Shown: one piece after another, positions 8,439-18,958 of the stretch
Numbering within the stretch: the first letter of the stretch is position 1
How the letters are laid out: the number at the start of each line of letters is the position of its first letter
Source: an uncultured virus (IMG/VR IMGVR_UViG_3300005821_000187)
Lineage: Duplodnaviria; Heunggongvirae; Uroviricota; Caudoviricetes
Length of the DNA: 35,360 nucleotides
Strand: one strand, 5' to 3'
Virus record (IMG/VR): IMGVR_UViG_3300005821_000187
Made by a program: the position numbers and the translations under genes
The notes under the pieces: model-generated
What the model saw: only the letters and a program-made list of their open reading frames with translations
The model's database searches: none
What the model was told of the DNA's origin: nothing

Positions 8439-9193
8439 TACGGTGTCGTGACCAGATCCCCGGCGACCATGACGCGTACGCGCGCATTGCTCGTGAGCGA
8501 CGTATTGCTGATCGATACCGAACTTGTGTTGACCGTGGCGAGCAAGTAGGCGAGCACGCCATCCGCTGCGCTCGCGCCCGAAGGATCGGCGGGTCGCTGG
8601 ACCTGCATCGCGCTCGCGCCCGGAGTGCTGTTGATCCCGTTGGTAATCCCGATGGAATGTCCCAAAATGGCCAGTGCGGTGCCGCTCTGAATGTCGATTT
8701 CCGACCCGGTGCCGGTCGTGGTGCTCGCGAGCCGCAGCTCGCCGCCGTTATCCGACGCAACGGGCGCTTGGCCGTTCAACGCAAGGCACGAGTTGATGCG
8801 GTTGACGACCTGAGCGAGCGACTGATCGGCCGCATCGAAGCTGCACGAGACCAGCCCACCGTTGTCCACATCGAGATTCAGGGTCTCGCCGCCGGCAAAG
8901 CCGGTCGGGTAGGTGCCCCCGGAGCCGTCCACGATTGCAGCCGTGGCGAGCGCACCCCCGAAGGTCACTTCGATCTCTAGGTCGCTTTCAACGTAGATGA
9001 GCCGGGCTTGGGTCACGTCGCCCATGTCGATCGCGAGGTTCGTAGTGCCCGACTCGATCGTGAGCACTTGGGAGATCGCGTGGTCGAGCGTGTCTAACAG
9101 CTCCGTGAAGCTCCGCTCGAAAAGGCAGTCGTCCAGCGAGTTATTGAGACCCACTTCGAGCGATAGCACTGTGTTGGTTCGTACCCCCATCAT
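8438..9193 (-). CDS. Putative virion structural/decoration protein
   Basis: Gly/Ala/Thr-rich beta protein with SLAQVVNRINS...ASDNGGELRLASTTTGTGSEI, a segment type seen in phage structural and flagellar-hook-like repeats. Confidence 0.55.
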   Translation of the reverse strand: MMGVRTNTVLSLEVGLNNSLDDCLFERSFTELLDTLDHAISQVLTIESGTTNLAIDMGDVTQARLIYVESDLEIEVTFGGALATAAIVDGSGGTYPTGFAGGETLNLDVDNGGLVSCSFDAADQSLAQVVNRINSCLALNGQAPVASDNGGELRLASTTTGTGSEIDIQSGTALAILGHSIGITNGINSTPGASAMQVQRPADPSGASAADGVLAYLLATVNTSSVSISNTSLTSNARVRVMVAGDLVTTP

Positions 9194-10989
9194 TCCCCCA
9201 CGATCTCTACATCGATGATCTGGCGATCATTGTGCACTCTTTGGCTCTTCCGCAACACTTCGACGGTACGGATGGCCGACTCAGAAGCCGCTAGGGCTTC
9301 CTTCTGGGATGCCTTGCCGCCCTTGACCCCCGAAGGTAGGTCTTTGCCCGAAGCCGACTCTTTGCCGCCCCCCTTGGCGCCTGGGGGGCCTTGCTGCTTC
9401 CCCTTGTCGTCGCCCTTGTCTTTGTCCTTGTCGGAACCGCCGAACCAGTCGGGAAGGCCACCGGAGTCGCCATCGCCGTCCCCGTCGCCTTCCTCGCCGA
9501 AGCCGCCTTCCTCGCCGCCCTCATCCATGCCGGTCTTGCCCTGGACCCATTGCAGGAACGTCGGGTCGAGAATGATCTCCCCAAGCCCATCGGGCAGCGG
9601 ATCTTGATCCATCTCAGCGCGGATTTCGTCGACCGTCTTGACCTTGGTGACTTCAAGCATCCGAGCCTCACGCTCTTTGTCTTCGGCCTTGGCATCGAAG
9701 CCGGTGAACTCGAATTCAAAGTCGGGCTCTAGCTCCCACACGATATGCTGATTGATCGTGTCTTCGATGTGCTCGATGAGCGGCCGGAGCCCCTTATCCT
9801 TCGACTCTTGCACTTCGGCCTGGTTCGGCCGGGATTCGAAGAGCGATGAGCCGCCGCCGCCGGAGCCGTAGATGAACCCGATCTCTAGGGGGTCGATCCC
9901 GTAGACCGAACAGATCGACTTGGTTAGGAAGTCGAGCCACTGGCCAAACTCCATTTCGCGGTTCGTCGAATGGAGCGAGACCCATTGCAGGTCTTCCGCA
10001 TTCAGAATCGGGGTCTTCCAACTGTTCTGGACGCCCGTCACCATCGAGTACCACATGCGTCGGAACGCGCGGAGCTGGCGGTCTGGAATGGCGCCCTTGA
10101 CGTTGATCACGCCCTTGATTGCGGAGCCCTGAGAGAAAAATTTGGTATTGTATTCGAAGCCATAGAGCCAGCTCGTGATCATGCGGATGAGCTGTTCAAT
10201 GGGCGAAAACCCGAAGCCATTCACGCGCAAGTCGCTTCGCGGGTTCATGACGCTCCACGCCATATCGTCAGGGCCGAACTCAGCGATCACGGAGTCTTCG
10301 TAGACCTGGACGTAAGCGACCCGGTTGCGGCGCTCTTCTGGGTCCATGTGCTCCACGTCCGCGACTGCGGGACGGATAGTCTCCGTGGGCAGCGCGATGA
10401 AACGGCTAATCCGACCTTTGCGGTCGCGGATCTTCTCGATGCAGATTTGGTCGTAGGTGAGGCAGTCCCGCACGATCTTCTTTAGGAAGCTGCGGAACGA
10501 GTCGCGATCGTACGCCTTCTCATCGGGGAGCATGTACCCGGTGGTTTCGATCATGCGCTCTAGCTCAGTCGCCTTCGTTTGCTGCGCTTTCGTCATGACC
10601 TTGGTTTTGTCGCGACGGTCCCGAAGGATAATGCGGTAGCCCCGGTCGTAGTCGCCTTGCTGCGGCACGGCGAACTGGCTGAGCTGGTTCACGCGGGTCT
10701 GGATAATGGCCGCGATCACCGTGTTCGATATGCTCATTTGGCGGAGCGTATCGTACGTGAGAATGCTGGGACGTTGCCGCCAGCCGCCCCAATCCATGAC
10801 GCTGTAGGGATCATGAAAGAGACCACGGGGCTTCTCTTCCGTGGGCTGCGCGAGCCCGCCCTTCATGAGTGCATCCTGCATCTCATCGAACGGCACATCG
10901 TCGCCAAGGTCATCGGCCTTGCGCAATGACTGCATGGCGCCGTCAAGAGCGCCCGTCCCCGCCGTTCGGATATCGTCTAGGAGCCCCAT
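9190..10989 (-). CDS. Portal protein
   Basis: AIIQTRVNQ, DCLTYDQICIE, GFGFSPIE, FFSQGSAIKGVI, MEFGQWL, YGIDPLEIGF and SKDKGLRPLI portal motifs. Confidence 0.92.
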   Translation of the reverse strand: MGLLDDIRTAGTGALDGAMQSLRKADDLGDDVPFDEMQDALMKGGLAQPTEEKPRGLFHDPYSVMDWGGWRQRPSILTYDTLRQMSISNTVIAAIIQTRVNQLSQFAVPQQGDYDRGYRIILRDRRDKTKVMTKAQQTKATELERMIETTGYMLPDEKAYDRDSFRSFLKKIVRDCLTYDQICIEKIRDRKGRISRFIALPTETIRPAVADVEHMDPEERRNRVAYVQVYEDSVIAEFGPDDMAWSVMNPRSDLRVNGFGFSPIEQLIRMITSWLYGFEYNTKFFSQGSAIKGVINVKGAIPDRQLRAFRRMWYSMVTGVQNSWKTPILNAEDLQWVSLHSTNREMEFGQWLDFLTKSICSVYGIDPLEIGFIYGSGGGGSSLFESRPNQAEVQESKDKGLRPLIEHIEDTINQHIVWELEPDFEFEFTGFDAKAEDKEREARMLEVTKVKTVDEIRAEMDQDPLPDGLGEIILDPTFLQWVQGKTGMDEGGEEGGFGEEGDGDGDGDSGGLPDWFGGSDKDKDKGDDKGKQQGPPGAKGGGKESASGKDLPSGVKGGKASQKEALAASESAIRTVEVLRKSQRVHNDRQIIDVEIVGE

Positions 10990-13900
10990 TAGTTACACGT
11001 GCAATGTCCGGGCGGGATCAGAAGAGTCTGCATCTTGGTGAGGTCGTGGTAGCCGTGTACCGGACAGTCGCCGTCCCCCTTTACCACGAACTCCGGTTCG
11101 GGTGCGGTAAATGCGCGCCGGGTCTCCGCGACCTGAGACTTGCGAAGCGCGATGCTGGGGTCTTCGGTGTCATCGATGAACGAGCCTTGCTCATGGTGGT
11201 CGGCGAGCTGCGCCGAAGGCCGTGCTCCGGGGTCTTCCTGAATCCAGGGAGCCTCTTTGGAGTAGTGGGCCACTTCGCCCCTGTACCCGTTGCCCGCATC
11301 GTTGTCGAAGCCGCTCACATCGGGCTGAATGAGCCCGGAGTTGCGGAGGATATTGGCGATGCTCACGGCCGTCGCATCCTTGCCGGCAGCCATGAGATCG
11401 GGGTTGTTCCGCATGTAGACGACCAGCTCGTTCATGATGCGCATGGCAAAGAAGTTGAGCTGATCATCGTAGCCCGTGGGCTTGTTTTTCACGTGCTCGC
11501 ATTCCTGCTTCTCGTGCTCGTAGGCTTGCTCTACGAACGCCCCAAGGTACTGCGGCAAGAGGTTGTCAGAGAGCTTGCGGCCCTTGCTCTCCGGCCCGCT
11601 CAGCTCGAAAGCGTAGAGGCCCTTTTTGAGCGAAGGCTCGAAGTGGCTCTTGCGAGCCTTGCGTGTATTGCATCGGCCGATGAGCTGTTGCACTACATCG
11701 TCCGCGACGCCCGCGGCCTTCATTTTGCCGATCAGCTCTTGGGTAATATCCCCCGACTTCATCTTTGCGATCAGCTTTTGGATGATATCGCCCTTGCTCT
11801 TCCCCATGAATGCGCTCTCTTTCTCTGGCCACCGCGCCCCCGCGTACTTGGCGGTCATCTTACCCGACCCGTAGTCCATATCGTAGTACCGGGCTTTGCG
11901 GAGCCCTTCCAAGCCTTCGATGGCATCACCGCTCTTGTCGAAGCTGACTTCTTTCGAGCGGTCGATCTTGTCGAGCGCGGCTAGTGCGAACTTCCGCACT
12001 TGCACGTTTAGCCGGCTGCGCTCCGCCATCTTGCTCTTCTCGCTCGCGATGGTCCGCTTCATTTGCGTCGGCGCAGTCCGCATCGAAAGGAGCCCGTCAG
12101 GGATATCCCCGCGCATCGCATGCGCGATTTTTTGCGAAGATCGAACGTCCGCGTTGTCGAGCTTGTTTTTGATCGCCCTAGCCATGCCATCGATGCTGAT
12201 CTCATCGTTGCCAGCTTCGACGGCCTCCGTGAAGTCTTTGAGATCCTTGGGAAGCCCCTCGATCACGCCGACCGCCCAACCGCCACCCAAGACACTGCGG
12301 GCATCGCTGCCACGCTTGACCTTGCCACCGCCCGCACCCGGTGCGTCCCGGTAGATCCACTTGCCCCCGGCACCACGCGTGCGCTGCCGGCCTTTCTTGG
12401 AGCCCGGTGCGCTGTGCCAGCCGCCGCCACTGGCCTTGCGGAGTGATTCGAGCCCATCGATGGCGTCGCCGCTTTTCTTGTGGCGCATGTACTTGGCCGC
12501 GTGGGTATGCCCCTGAGCCGCGTCGTCATGAAAGTGGGCCGTGTGGACGGCGGCCCGGATCTTGTCGTTCGTTTCCTTGCCGAACTTCGGGTCGACGCCG
12601 CCGGAGATATTGGCCCCTTCTCCGACGCCGAGCTTCTTACCGTAGGCTTTGACTTCCGCGGCGTGCTTTAGCTCGCGCCATTCGCTCATCTTGTCGCGGT
12701 ACGCGTCGCGGTGCTTGCCCGCGGCGCCGTAGTGGTCGCTCTTCGAATGTCCAGGGAAGAGCTGTTGCACGGCCTTGCCGAGCCCGGATGCGGACTGGAT
12801 CTGATCCCACGTGGGATTGTTCTGCCCCTTGATATTGAACTTCTGGCCCCGGTAGGAGTCGGGCGAGATATCGATCGCGGCGTGCTTGGCCTTGGCTTCC
12901 TCGCGCTGCTTATCGTGCGCGGGCTTTAGGTGAATCGCATCGAAGTGCGCATTCTTGGCGCTCTCGATTGCTCGCTGGATCTTCGCGTCGCCGTGCTCTT
13001 TAGCCCAGCTTACCGCCGCTTCGATATCCTCTTTGGGTACATCGGTGAAGGCTTTGAGCTTTTCCGCGGCGTTGTCGTTCCACTGGTTCAAGTGGTGGTC
13101 GTGGTAGAGATCGACGATCTTCTGGGTCTTGGCGCGCGCGTTCGGATCGGTATCCTTCGTAGCTCCGGGGCGCTTATCGTATTGCTCTTTGGTGTAGTAA
13201 TACTTGTAGCCCTTGCCCCCAGCCTTCGGGACACGCTTGTAGTATTTGCCGCCGCGCTGCACACCTTTGAGCAACACTTCGAGCCCTTCGATCGCATCGG
13301 CGCTCTTCTTAGCGTCCATCTCAGCCTTCTTTTTGCGCCACGCTTCGAGCGGATCTGCGCCCTTCATACCGCCGCTCTTCTCTTTGTTCCGGCGCACGGT
13401 CTCTGCCAGCTCCGCATCGGTCGAACTGCGGTAGCCGCTCTCCGCGCGCGTTCTGACGTTGCGCCTCTTGTTCTCCGCCAGCTCCGCATCGGAGCGGCGG
13501 CCCTTTGCGCGGTCTGCCCCGCGCTCTTCGGGGCTCTTGACCTTAGTGCCCTTCGGCCAACGGCCCTTGCCCTTGCCCGCATCGATAGCCGCCGCTGCTT
13601 TGCTAGGCGGCACGAATACATCGATTCTTCCGCGCTCTGTACCGGAGCCTTGGCGCACGGTGATATCGGATTTGCTGCCAACTAGCGTGGCCGCCACCGC
13701 GTTCATGATGTTATCGATAGTCCCTTGTGGCAGCGTCTTATCGACCGTGAGACTCAGCTCTTGCGTGCCGTCGTCATGCGTGAGCGCGGTCGAGCTTTCC
13801 ACGCCTGCGATTTGCTTCACGGCCGTGGCCATGCGCTTGCCCGTTCCTTCTTGTAGCTCTCTGAGGCCGCTCTTGCCGGAACGCTCCCGCTCCGCATCGG

Positions 13901-15071
13901 TACGTCGACCCTTGGTCTTCTTTTCCGTCTCACTAAAGTCAGCACTTCTAAGCGCCAACTTCTGAGCCTCTTCTAGCGACGATGCGTACCCCAATTTTTT
14001 GGTGGGGTTGCCCGCTTGCGACACGTGAAACAAGCCATCTTCGTCCGTAGCGTCAACAAAGATCCCGTGATCGTATTTGTAGCGGGTTCCGCCGTACTTC
14101 ATGTTGCGAATCACGGTGGGCTTGCTGCCTAAGTCGCGACCGCCCCATGCTTTGGTCTGGCCTTTGGCCTTGTCCGCTTTGCGCTTTCGAGCGTCGTCCT
14201 CGCGCTTCGCGAACACGTTGCGCATCTCCGATACCCGATCCCGAAGCGACGGGGGCACGACGTGGTGCTTGGGGCCGAACCGCTTGTCAGCGACTTCAAT
14301 GCCCCTCGCAAGCTCCTGGTAGGCCGCGTACTTCACCGGCCACTGTACGGAGCCGTCATAGGTGCGCTCGCTATCCCAGAGCTTGTCAGCGGCCTCTATG
14401 ATGCGCGCCTTCTCGCCCTCGGAAGGATTCAGCGGATCGATAGCATCCGCGGCGTCGTTCTGGTTCTTAGCGATGCGCTTGGCTAGCTCGAAATCCGTAG
14501 CCTCAGTGACCGGGGTGAGCTTGGTTCCGCCCGTTGGCGCATCGAGCACCATGATGTGCCGAACGCCTTTGATCGTGCTCCGAAAGTCGGCTTGCTCCGC
14601 GTACCACGCCTCGTTTTCGAGCTTTGTGCGCGCCATGTCAGCGGCGAGTGCCCGGCCTTCGGGGCTCGCATCGTTCGCTTTGCGGTTCGCCGCGTGCCAG
14701 CCCTCCGACCACGCATCGAGATAGGGCATGGTGCCGCCGACTTTCAAATCGAACGGCGTGCGGGCCATGAACTCTCTGTCTTGTGCGGACGCTTGAATGC
14801 CTTCCGCATGCGCTGCGGCGCCACGTGCGCGAGCTTGCTCCGGGGAAGTCCACTTGCCGGCGCCGCTCTTGGCTTTGCCCTTGGCTTTGCGCTTACCGCC
14901 CTTGCGGGGGCTACTCTGCCAGCCGCCGGAGCCGTCAGGATAACGGTACTGATACTTGCCGCCGACTCGCTTGCGCTGCCCGCCCTTAGTGCCCTTGGGG
15001 ATATTGCCCCAGCCGCCACCACCCGGCGCACCCTTGGCGAGCCGGCCTAGGCTATCGATTGCATCTCTCAT
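10989..15071 (-). CDS. Large basic virion-associated (poly)protein, 1360 aa, with four DAI[DE]xLxxLxK[AG] linkers
   Basis: Long ORF coupled to the portal gene; internal repeats visible; no catalytic domain recognised. Confidence 0.75.
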   Translation of the reverse strand: MRDAIDSLGRLAKGAPGGGGWGNIPKGTKGGQRKRVGGKYQYRYPDGSGGWQSSPRKGGKRKAKGKAKSGAGKWTSPEQARARGAAAHAEGIQASAQDREFMARTPFDLKVGGTMPYLDAWSEGWHAANRKANDASPEGRALAADMARTKLENEAWYAEQADFRSTIKGVRHIMVLDAPTGGTKLTPVTEATDFELAKRIAKNQNDAADAIDPLNPSEGEKARIIEAADKLWDSERTYDGSVQWPVKYAAYQELARGIEVADKRFGPKHHVVPPSLRDRVSEMRNVFAKREDDARKRKADKAKGQTKAWGGRDLGSKPTVIRNMKYGGTRYKYDHGIFVDATDEDGLFHVSQAGNPTKKLGYASSLEEAQKLALRSADFSETEKKTKGRRTDAERERSGKSGLRELQEGTGKRMATAVKQIAGVESSTALTHDDGTQELSLTVDKTLPQGTIDNIMNAVAATLVGSKSDITVRQGSGTERGRIDVFVPPSKAAAAIDAGKGKGRWPKGTKVKSPEERGADRAKGRRSDAELAENKRRNVRTRAESGYRSSTDAELAETVRRNKEKSGGMKGADPLEAWRKKKAEMDAKKSADAIEGLEVLLKGVQRGGKYYKRVPKAGGKGYKYYYTKEQYDKRPGATKDTDPNARAKTQKIVDLYHDHHLNQWNDNAAEKLKAFTDVPKEDIEAAVSWAKEHGDAKIQRAIESAKNAHFDAIHLKPAHDKQREEAKAKHAAIDISPDSYRGQKFNIKGQNNPTWDQIQSASGLGKAVQQLFPGHSKSDHYGAAGKHRDAYRDKMSEWRELKHAAEVKAYGKKLGVGEGANISGGVDPKFGKETNDKIRAAVHTAHFHDDAAQGHTHAAKYMRHKKSGDAIDGLESLRKASGGGWHSAPGSKKGRQRTRGAGGKWIYRDAPGAGGGKVKRGSDARSVLGGGWAVGVIEGLPKDLKDFTEAVEAGNDEISIDGMARAIKNKLDNADVRSSQKIAHAMRGDIPDGLLSMRTAPTQMKRTIASEKSKMAERSRLNVQVRKFALAALDKIDRSKEVSFDKSGDAIEGLEGLRKARYYDMDYGSGKMTAKYAGARWPEKESAFMGKSKGDIIQKLIAKMKSGDITQELIGKMKAAGVADDVVQQLIGRCNTRKARKSHFEPSLKKGLYAFELSGPESKGRKLSDNLLPQYLGAFVEQAYEHEKQECEHVKNKPTGYDDQLNFFAMRIMNELVVYMRNNPDLMAAGKDATAVSIANILRNSGLIQPDVSGFDNDAGNGYRGEVAHYSKEAPWIQEDPGARPSAQLADHHEQGSFIDDTEDPSIALRKSQVAETRRAFTAPEPEFVVKGDGDCPVHGYHDLTKMQTLLIPPGHCTCN

Positions 15072-18000
15072 CGAATATCCCCCACAACGAACCGCCTCTT
15101 GGGCACGGTGAACGCTGCCTTGCGAAGAGTATCCCCTTCGAGTCGGCGCATCATCTTTTCAAGTAGGCCCGACTCTTTGAACTTCGCAAAGATGTTCTCG
15201 AAGAGCGGGGCCATCGCGTCGGTTTCCTCGTCGGTCGGCCAAAGCCCGTCAGGCGAGCTAGCCGCCTTCCGCAGTGCCACAAGGTACGTATTGCTGCGCC
15301 CTTGCTTAGCCATCTTGCGCTGTAGGTGCCGTTCGAAGCTGCGGGCGAACATTTCGACGTGGCTCCGCCAATACTGCTTCTCCGGCGGAGAGTAGAGCGG
15401 GTTCTTGTCCATGGCCGTCGTGATCCGGGCATCGAACTTTCTAAACGCCTCGCTATCACGGAGCGCCGTCACGGCCTCGCGCGTAGGCGACGGTGGACCT
15501 TGGCTGGCGCCGCGTGGGACACGGCTCCCCGTAAGGTTGTTATCCCGGTTGCGACCGCCATTTAGGTCGGCTGCGCCCGCGTTCGAATCAAAGAAGTGGC
15601 CCCATTCGTGCGCGAGCGAGCCCGCGCCGTTTAGCCGCGTCAGGTTGATCGCGTTGGCGGTGGGTTCGTAGTGCGCGAGTGCCCCCGCGACACCACGTGC
15701 GCCCACGGCCATCGCGAGCTTGCCGTTGTAGCCCATCATGCTCGCCGGCAAGCCAGTCAGCTCCGCCATGTCATCGAAGCTATCGACCAGACTCTTTAGA
15801 TGGTGAACGCGCTCTTGGTCCGTGACGCTCTTGCCGAGCTGTAGGCCGCGCATCTTGAACGGGCCGCCCTTGCTCATGAGCTTGCGGCCTTGCTCGATGT
15901 GCTCGTAGCGGCTCTTCGGCCCCTTACGTTCCATCTTGTCCGTGTCGTACATGTCCCGAAGGTTGACCGCGTAGCCCTTGCCGCTCTTCTTTTCCCCGAA
16001 GGCCGCGTTGATGCTCTTGCCTTCCATGACCAGCATCGCCGCTTCGGTGGCTGCGCTATTGATCGCGTCGGCGTCTGGCCCGTGCTTCCTAGTGGCGCGG
16101 GATTTGATATCGTCGACTTGCCGCGATGGCCGTGTCTTGCCGCTCACTTGGCCGTTGTACGCCTTGCGCAAGCTCTCGATCTCCGCGGGGTGCTTGCCTT
16201 CGGCCCTGGCCCGCTGATACGCCGCACGGATCTGATCTTCGAGCCTGGTCGGCTCCGTGGTCGGCGGCCCGTAGCTGGGATACCGCATTTGCGGAGCTGC
16301 TTCGGGAGCACGGCCCGACGCGGAGTGCTTCTCGATGATCCCTTGAACCGTCGCGTACGCGTTGTAGTAGCCTTCGAGCGCGTCCCGCTGCCATTCCTTG
16401 GAGACTTCCGCCCACTTTTCGGGGTTGTTCCGGGCCTCTTCTAGCTCCGCCGCTTTCGCCTTGTACTCCGGGCTTTGGTGGTAGTCGTAGGTGCCCCGGC
16501 CCTCACGCTTCACGTCCCTGAAAAACCAAGCACGAGTAGGCGCGGTGCCGACCTTGGGCGGCTTCGCGGGGAACTTGTTCATCGCGAAGTAGTAGTGCGC
16601 TTGGTGGAGCACCCCATCTACGCCTTCCGCCTTCTGCGCGCGCCCGATGAACTCGATGGGCTTCTCACGGAGTAGGAACTTCCGCGTGAACATGGCGGGT
16701 GCGTCTTCTGAATCAAGAGCTTCGCGTAGGCTCTTCCAAGCCATCGCCCGGTGGCGCGCGCTGCCGAACACGTCTTCGCCGATCTGGCGTACGTTGCTAT
16801 CCCGATCGTTGACGTACTCGCCTTCCTCGATCATCGATTCAGTCGTGTGCGACGCCTTGCCGCGTGGTGTGGAAGCGGGGGCCTTCTTAGGCGGCTGCGA
16901 CTCTACATCCGCCTTGCTTTGCGCGCCCACTTGCTGGACCCACATCTTGTCCGTCGCGCTCACTGTGAGCGCGAGCGATTCGCCCGTTGCGACGTTCATG
17001 GTCGCAAGGTGGATCTTGAACCCCTTCTTACCCGACGCGATGATCCGGTACTGTTCATCGCCGAAGGGATGCAACACGTCGCCCGGCTTTATGAACGACG
17101 CGGCAAGGTGCACGATATCGGGCATGCCTTTGGGCGTGTCGGGCTCTTTGGGCGCCTCAGTCGCGCCGAAGTCGAGCGTCGTTTGGCCCGCCTGCTTCTT
17201 ATCGGGGGCCTTCTTTTTGGGTGCGCTTCGCTTGCGCGATGCGCCGCTCTGCCAGCCACCCTTGCCATCGGGATAGCGGTAGACCCACTTCATCCCCACG
17301 CGCTTGCGCTGGCCCCCACGCTTGCCGGCGGGAATGTTCCCCCAGCCCCCGGCTTTCTCTAGGTCGCCGACTACGAACCTATGTAGGGGCACGCTGTAGA
17401 GGCTCTTGCTAGTACCGCCCCGGCCGGGGATATCTACGATCTCGTCGCCGTCCCGATCCCGAAAAATGTACGCGCGCCCCTGGTCCTGCATCGCCTCGAC
17501 CATGAGGCGAATGTCATTGACTGACTTCTCGTCTTTGGAGCCCGTCAGTTTTTCCGTGAGGTAGCCTAGATTGTGGGACGCTGTTTTGATCGCGTCAGCC
17601 ACGTTCACGGCCGTGACTGAGCGCGACGGCTTAGCCATGGGCCACGGCTCGCCGTACTGGCCTTTGCGCGGCGGTAGCGTGTTTAAGTGCTCCGCGAAGT
17701 CGAGCCCGGTCTTCGTCAGGTCTTTTTGGTCATAAAACCCACCGTTGGAGAGAGCTAGGATACGGCCAAACTGCGGATGCGTTTCGACCTTGGCCCCGTC
17801 AGCGACAACGGACTGCATGAACGCTTTGAGCGTCGTGACCTTGCCATCGATGCTCCGCTGCTTATTGAGCGTCGCGTTGACCTTGGCCTTGCGCGCGGGG
17901 GTCATCTTGTCCGTGAAGCCTTGCGTGTCTTCGGCTTTGGCCTTCAACTTGGCGTCATTATCCTTTTGCGCTTGCACGCGCGCCGCCATCTTGTTCCGGC

Positions 18001-18958
18001 TTTCGGCTTGCCGTACGTCTAGGTTCTGTTCATCCGCAAGGTCTTTGCCATCGATGAGAGTGAGCATCGTGTGCCCCTCCGTTTCGACCATGAACTTGCC
18101 GTTGGCGTGCTTGCCGACGATCCTTCGTTCGCCGTCCGCAGAATTCCAACGCTCTTTCGTATGCGGCGGGAGCTTTTTGCTGGGGTCTTGCTTGGCCGGC
18201 GCGAGCTTCGCTTCGAGACTATCGCGGCGCTCGTGGAGCTTGGTTAGCTCGCGCTTGTCGATATCCGCCTGGATCTTCCCGGCCGTCGAAGGGTTGCTCT
18301 CGTTCTCGCCGATGCGCCATTCGCGCACGCCGATCTCATCCCGTGTGCGAAGCAACTCGCTCTCAGTCGCGCGCTTCGGGTTCGCGGCGCGCTTCTTTTG
18401 CTCTTCGACCAGCACGCTCGCCTGGTCACGGTAGTAGCCGCCGTTGTCCGTGTTCATCTCACGGTCCATCGAATCGGCGCTTGGGAGCGTGGCGCGAATG
18501 TCATCGAGCGCCCCGCTGAGAGCTTGGGGCGTCATCCGGTAGGCGCGCTGGCGGTACTCATCGAAATTGAGCGACCGGCGGGTGACCGGGCCGCGGGCGG
18601 CGTTCTGCCGGCGGCTCTCTTCGATGGACGCGTCTAAACGCTTCCCAGCCGCTTCCTTGCGCTCTTGCTCCCACCGCTTGGTCCTAGCCTCGAACTTCTT
18701 GACCTTGTGATCTACGAGTCGGCCTCGGATGCTCGTGTCCCGCTTAGGGCCGTGCTGCGGCTTGCCTCGGCTCACTCCGCTCTGCCAGCCGCCCTTGCCG
18801 TCCGGGTAACGGTAGAGATACCCCTTGCCGCTGCGCTTGCGCTGCCCGCCGTGCTTGCCGTTCGGGATATTACCCCATCCGCCCTTACCCTTTTCGAGCC
18901 CGCGCGCCATGATGGAACGCAACGAAGCCGCGTCCCCTATCGGTAGTCTCCCCGCCAT
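15068..18958 (-). CDS. Large polyvalent protein with C-terminal LPD1-like (DarA-associated) metallopeptidase-like domain
   Basis: AVGARG...AHYEP...INLTRLNGAGSLAHEWGHFFD...YWRSHVEMFARSFE...NTYLV, the LPD1 signature. Confidence 0.8.
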   Translation of the reverse strand: MAGRLPIGDAASLRSIMARGLEKGKGGWGNIPNGKHGGQRKRSGKGYLYRYPDGKGGWQSGVSRGKPQHGPKRDTSIRGRLVDHKVKKFEARTKRWEQERKEAAGKRLDASIEESRRQNAARGPVTRRSLNFDEYRQRAYRMTPQALSGALDDIRATLPSADSMDREMNTDNGGYYRDQASVLVEEQKKRAANPKRATESELLRTRDEIGVREWRIGENESNPSTAGKIQADIDKRELTKLHERRDSLEAKLAPAKQDPSKKLPPHTKERWNSADGERRIVGKHANGKFMVETEGHTMLTLIDGKDLADEQNLDVRQAESRNKMAARVQAQKDNDAKLKAKAEDTQGFTDKMTPARKAKVNATLNKQRSIDGKVTTLKAFMQSVVADGAKVETHPQFGRILALSNGGFYDQKDLTKTGLDFAEHLNTLPPRKGQYGEPWPMAKPSRSVTAVNVADAIKTASHNLGYLTEKLTGSKDEKSVNDIRLMVEAMQDQGRAYIFRDRDGDEIVDIPGRGGTSKSLYSVPLHRFVVGDLEKAGGWGNIPAGKRGGQRKRVGMKWVYRYPDGKGGWQSGASRKRSAPKKKAPDKKQAGQTTLDFGATEAPKEPDTPKGMPDIVHLAASFIKPGDVLHPFGDEQYRIIASGKKGFKIHLATMNVATGESLALTVSATDKMWVQQVGAQSKADVESQPPKKAPASTPRGKASHTTESMIEEGEYVNDRDSNVRQIGEDVFGSARHRAMAWKSLREALDSEDAPAMFTRKFLLREKPIEFIGRAQKAEGVDGVLHQAHYYFAMNKFPAKPPKVGTAPTRAWFFRDVKREGRGTYDYHQSPEYKAKAAELEEARNNPEKWAEVSKEWQRDALEGYYNAYATVQGIIEKHSASGRAPEAAPQMRYPSYGPPTTEPTRLEDQIRAAYQRARAEGKHPAEIESLRKAYNGQVSGKTRPSRQVDDIKSRATRKHGPDADAINSAATEAAMLVMEGKSINAAFGEKKSGKGYAVNLRDMYDTDKMERKGPKSRYEHIEQGRKLMSKGGPFKMRGLQLGKSVTDQERVHHLKSLVDSFDDMAELTGLPASMMGYNGKLAMAVGARGVAGALAHYEPTANAINLTRLNGAGSLAHEWGHFFDSNAGAADLNGGRNRDNNLTGSRVPRGASQGPPSPTREAVTALRDSEAFRKFDARITTAMDKNPLYSPPEKQYWRSHVEMFARSFERHLQRKMAKQGRSNTYLVALRKAASSPDGLWPTDEETDAMAPLFENIFAKFKESGLLEKMMRRLEGDTLRKAAFTVPKRRFVVGDIR

